A stretch of 31,881 nt of DNA from an uncultured Gammaproteobacteria bacterium (GTDB lineage: Bacteria > Pseudomonadota > Gammaproteobacteria > UBA9214): the NCBI GenBank assembly GCA_963827755.1, contig CAWHCQ010000002.1, positions 1-31,881 of the forward strand, read 5' to 3'. The notes under the pieces are model-generated. The model searched no databases. It was not told the origin of the DNA and saw only the letters and a program-made list of their open reading frames with translations. This document shows positions 29,899 through 31,881 of the stretch, piece after piece. Position 1 is the stretch's first letter. Every line of letters starts with the position of its first letter. Both the position numbers and the translations under genes were made by a program.

Positions 29899-30378
29899 TT
29901 AACCAACGATGCGCGCTGGATTGCCAATAACGACACTTCGCGGCGGCACATCGTGAGTGACTACCGCTCCCGCACCAATTACGGCTTTCTCACCGATTTT
30001 TAGCCCTGGCAGAATAACTGCCCCTCCACCAATCGACGCACCTTTACTTACGGTAGTTGTAAGCAACCACTCAGAATCAATATGCTGACCAGGATATTTA
30101 TCGTTGGTAAAAGTGGCATTAGGGCCGATGAATACATCATCCTCGATTCGCAGACCGTCCCATAGCTGAACGCCACTCTTGATCGTGACCCTGTCACCGA
30201 TAACTACATCACCTTCGATCAGGACATGCGCGCAAATATTACAGTCGGCACCAATTCTTGCGCCCTGCAGGATTACGGCAAATTGCCAAATCCGTGTATT
30301 CACCCCAATATCGCTTGACGCCACGTCTGCGAGGTGATGGATGAACCCGCCTTTTTGCTCCAAGCATTTCTTACTCAT
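29899..30378 (-). CDS. Hexapeptide-repeat N-acyltransferase (WxcM N-domain/QdtC-like)
   Basis: [62 protein letters not shown]. Alternative start at 30387. Confidence 0.9.
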   Translation of the reverse strand: MSKKCLEQKGGFIHHLADVASSDIGVNTRIWQFAVILQGARIGADCNICAHVLIEGDVVIGDRVTIKSGVQLWDGLRIEDDVFIGPNATFTNDKYPGQHIDSEWLLTTTVSKGASIGGGAVILPGLKIGEKAVIGAGAVVTHDVPPRSVVIGNPARIVG

Positions 30379-30970
30379 CTGTTCCATTCTCCAGCAGCCC
30401 CGATAAATATGCTCTGCAGGTATTGTTGAACCGGCATGGCGCAGACCTGTTCAGAAAATTACCCGACAGACAACCGTTGCTATACTCTTTTTTCCCGGGG
30501 CAAGCGATCTTGCTAGCTTGCCTCTTCTCTATGGTTCCCATGAATAGCATGGCTGCGAGCAGGCTAGCATATGTGTCCGTTTCCAGCCAGATGAACCCTG
30601 CCTAATGAGTTACATATTGAGCTTACGCTGTTCGAGACAGGCCTGTATAAGGCTGGTGATCTCAATCTCAACGGTGCGCAGGCATGATCACCCTCGTGAT
30701 CCGCGTTGCCTTGTTGCCATAGAAATACTGGGCTGTCACCTTCCAGCTCGACTTTTGCTTAGCGGGCTTTTCCTCGATGCAAAGCACCCGTATGCCAACA
30801 TCGAACCCCGCCTCATCGAAGCACTCCGGTCCCTTTACCCGGTCGTCGGAAACATGGCACCATTCACGCGAGCTAATCAGGCGCATTACATGGGTAAAGT
30901 CCTGACCATAGAAAATGTGATTTTTATCGGCAAGTCAATGATGCACTAGATCGGCGCCCGGAAGCGCTGA
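30371..30970 (-). pseudogene. rmlA: Decayed glucose-1-phosphate thymidylyltransferase
   Basis: Minus-strand fragments in RmlA order: HIFYGQDF, IEEKPAKQKSSWKVTAQYFYGN, EITSL, FIWLETDTYASLL, TIEKRQASKIACP, AYLSGLL. Contains an internal stop, frameshifts and substitutions in conserved motifs. Confidence 0.85.
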
Positions 30971-31119
30971 AGTTGCCCGGCTCATCAGCAGTCAGCAGGG
31001 TTATCCTTGGTAGCTTGGAACAGTCGGCCGCCGGCATTGACGGTGATGCGGTTGTTGCCTACCATTGTTGGATACCTTGGAAGGGAAGCGAAAGAAGAGA
31101 GAGCACACGCAAACCCCCA

Positions 31120-31262
31120 AGAGAATATATCTTGATTCAAATATATTCAAATAGTTTGATTCAATATATCTATTCTGGGTGGCCTAATTTATTCAAATAG
31201 ACTATTCAGGATCTCTTGGACTATTCTAAAACTATTCTGGTGCGCTGGCTTATTCGAATAAT
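31120..31262. repeat. AT-rich low-complexity tract with repeated (T/G)ATTC
   Basis: Repeated TATTC/GATTC units (e.g. TATTCAAATAG twice, CTATTC four times) at irregular spacing. Confidence 0.5.
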
Positions 31263-31568
31263 TTACTTTTGGACACTCTCATTAATCCATAGTGGCGGGG
31301 ATTCGAACCTGCAGGGTTCAAGGGTTACATATATAGAGCATTTTTTAAGCCGCCATTCACCAAGCTGATTTGCTGCTGCAGTGAGAGCTATCATTTCTGC
31401 GTGAGCAGTGGCATCTTTAAGCCTTTCAACCTGGTTATAACCTCGACCAATAATTTTATTATCCTTAACCACAACAGCCCCAACCGGTACTTCATTATCT
31501 TCTAAGGCTTTTTCTGCTTCCTGTAGTGCGGAAAACATAAAACGGTATTTTTCTTCTGAAAAAATCAT
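31263..31568 (-). pseudogene. tadA: tRNA adenosine deaminase TadA, 3'-truncated at the PCxxC motif
   Basis: [27 protein letters not shown], then unrelated RFESPPLW. The second Cys and the C-terminal third are missing. Very AT-rich codons. Confidence 0.85.
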
Positions 31569-31881
31569 TTGTATGGTTAATAAGTAATATATAATGTTAA
31601 ATCAAATATGAGGAAGGGGCGCTCTTCGCCTAAGATAAGTATTAAATTATTCAACTTATGGGGTGTTTTAGAAAAAAATAATAAATTGTGGAACTCTCAC
31701 TGTAAAAGCATCAAACAAATAAGGCGATAATAAATATCGTTCTTAATATTCGGCGATGCTAATCAGCCAAAATGTAACAACTGCAACTATAGCAAAGATA
31801 GCAATTCCAATAATCATGTAGCCCTCAATGATTTAAACCAATCAAAACTAAAGAATATTACAACTCATTTAATTTGTTTTG

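Noticed and set aside
31120-31262. CRISPR array or iterons
   Set aside because: The repeats are only 5-11 nt, irregularly spaced and without unique spacers. No cas or rep gene is nearby.
31285-31360. Complete tRNA gene
   Set aside because: Only a T-loop-like motif is present. The upstream sequence is tadA coding DNA and no cloverleaf forms.

Overview
The window looks gammaproteobacterial. The first ~11 kb is conserved, GC-rich backbone: clpB 5' end with a sigma-32 promoter, ZIP transporter, pgeF, rluD, bamD, nadE, sucD, sucC, PP0621-type gene, pilS, pilR. It then runs into a variable surface-structure island. The island holds (i) two tandem type IVa pilins with near-identical terminators, separated by a GTAG-type REP doublet and a sigma-54/PilR-type promoter; (ii) a TMTC/TfpW-like GT-C glycosyltransferase and two GT2 genes (candidate pilin glycosylation); and (iii) a convergent minus-strand glycan cluster: decayed rmlA, hexapeptide acetyltransferase, GNAT remnant, fdtA, fdtB, wzx, GT2. 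The best candidate for an undescribed system is an ~8.4 kb lower-GC cassette inserted at a duplicated fdtA/fdtB junction. It encodes a double-SDR fusion, two SAM methyltransferases, a Twitch/SPASM-type radical SAM enzyme and a GtrB/GtrA/GT-C set, which suggests a radical-SAM-tailored sugar delivered on a polyprenyl carrier. Many genes between 12.4 and 21.4 kb carry single-base frameshifts that look like consensus errors. The last ~0.8 kb is very AT-rich, contains a truncated tadA, and may be a chimeric join to another organism. All calls come from motif recognition and manual translation; no searches were run.
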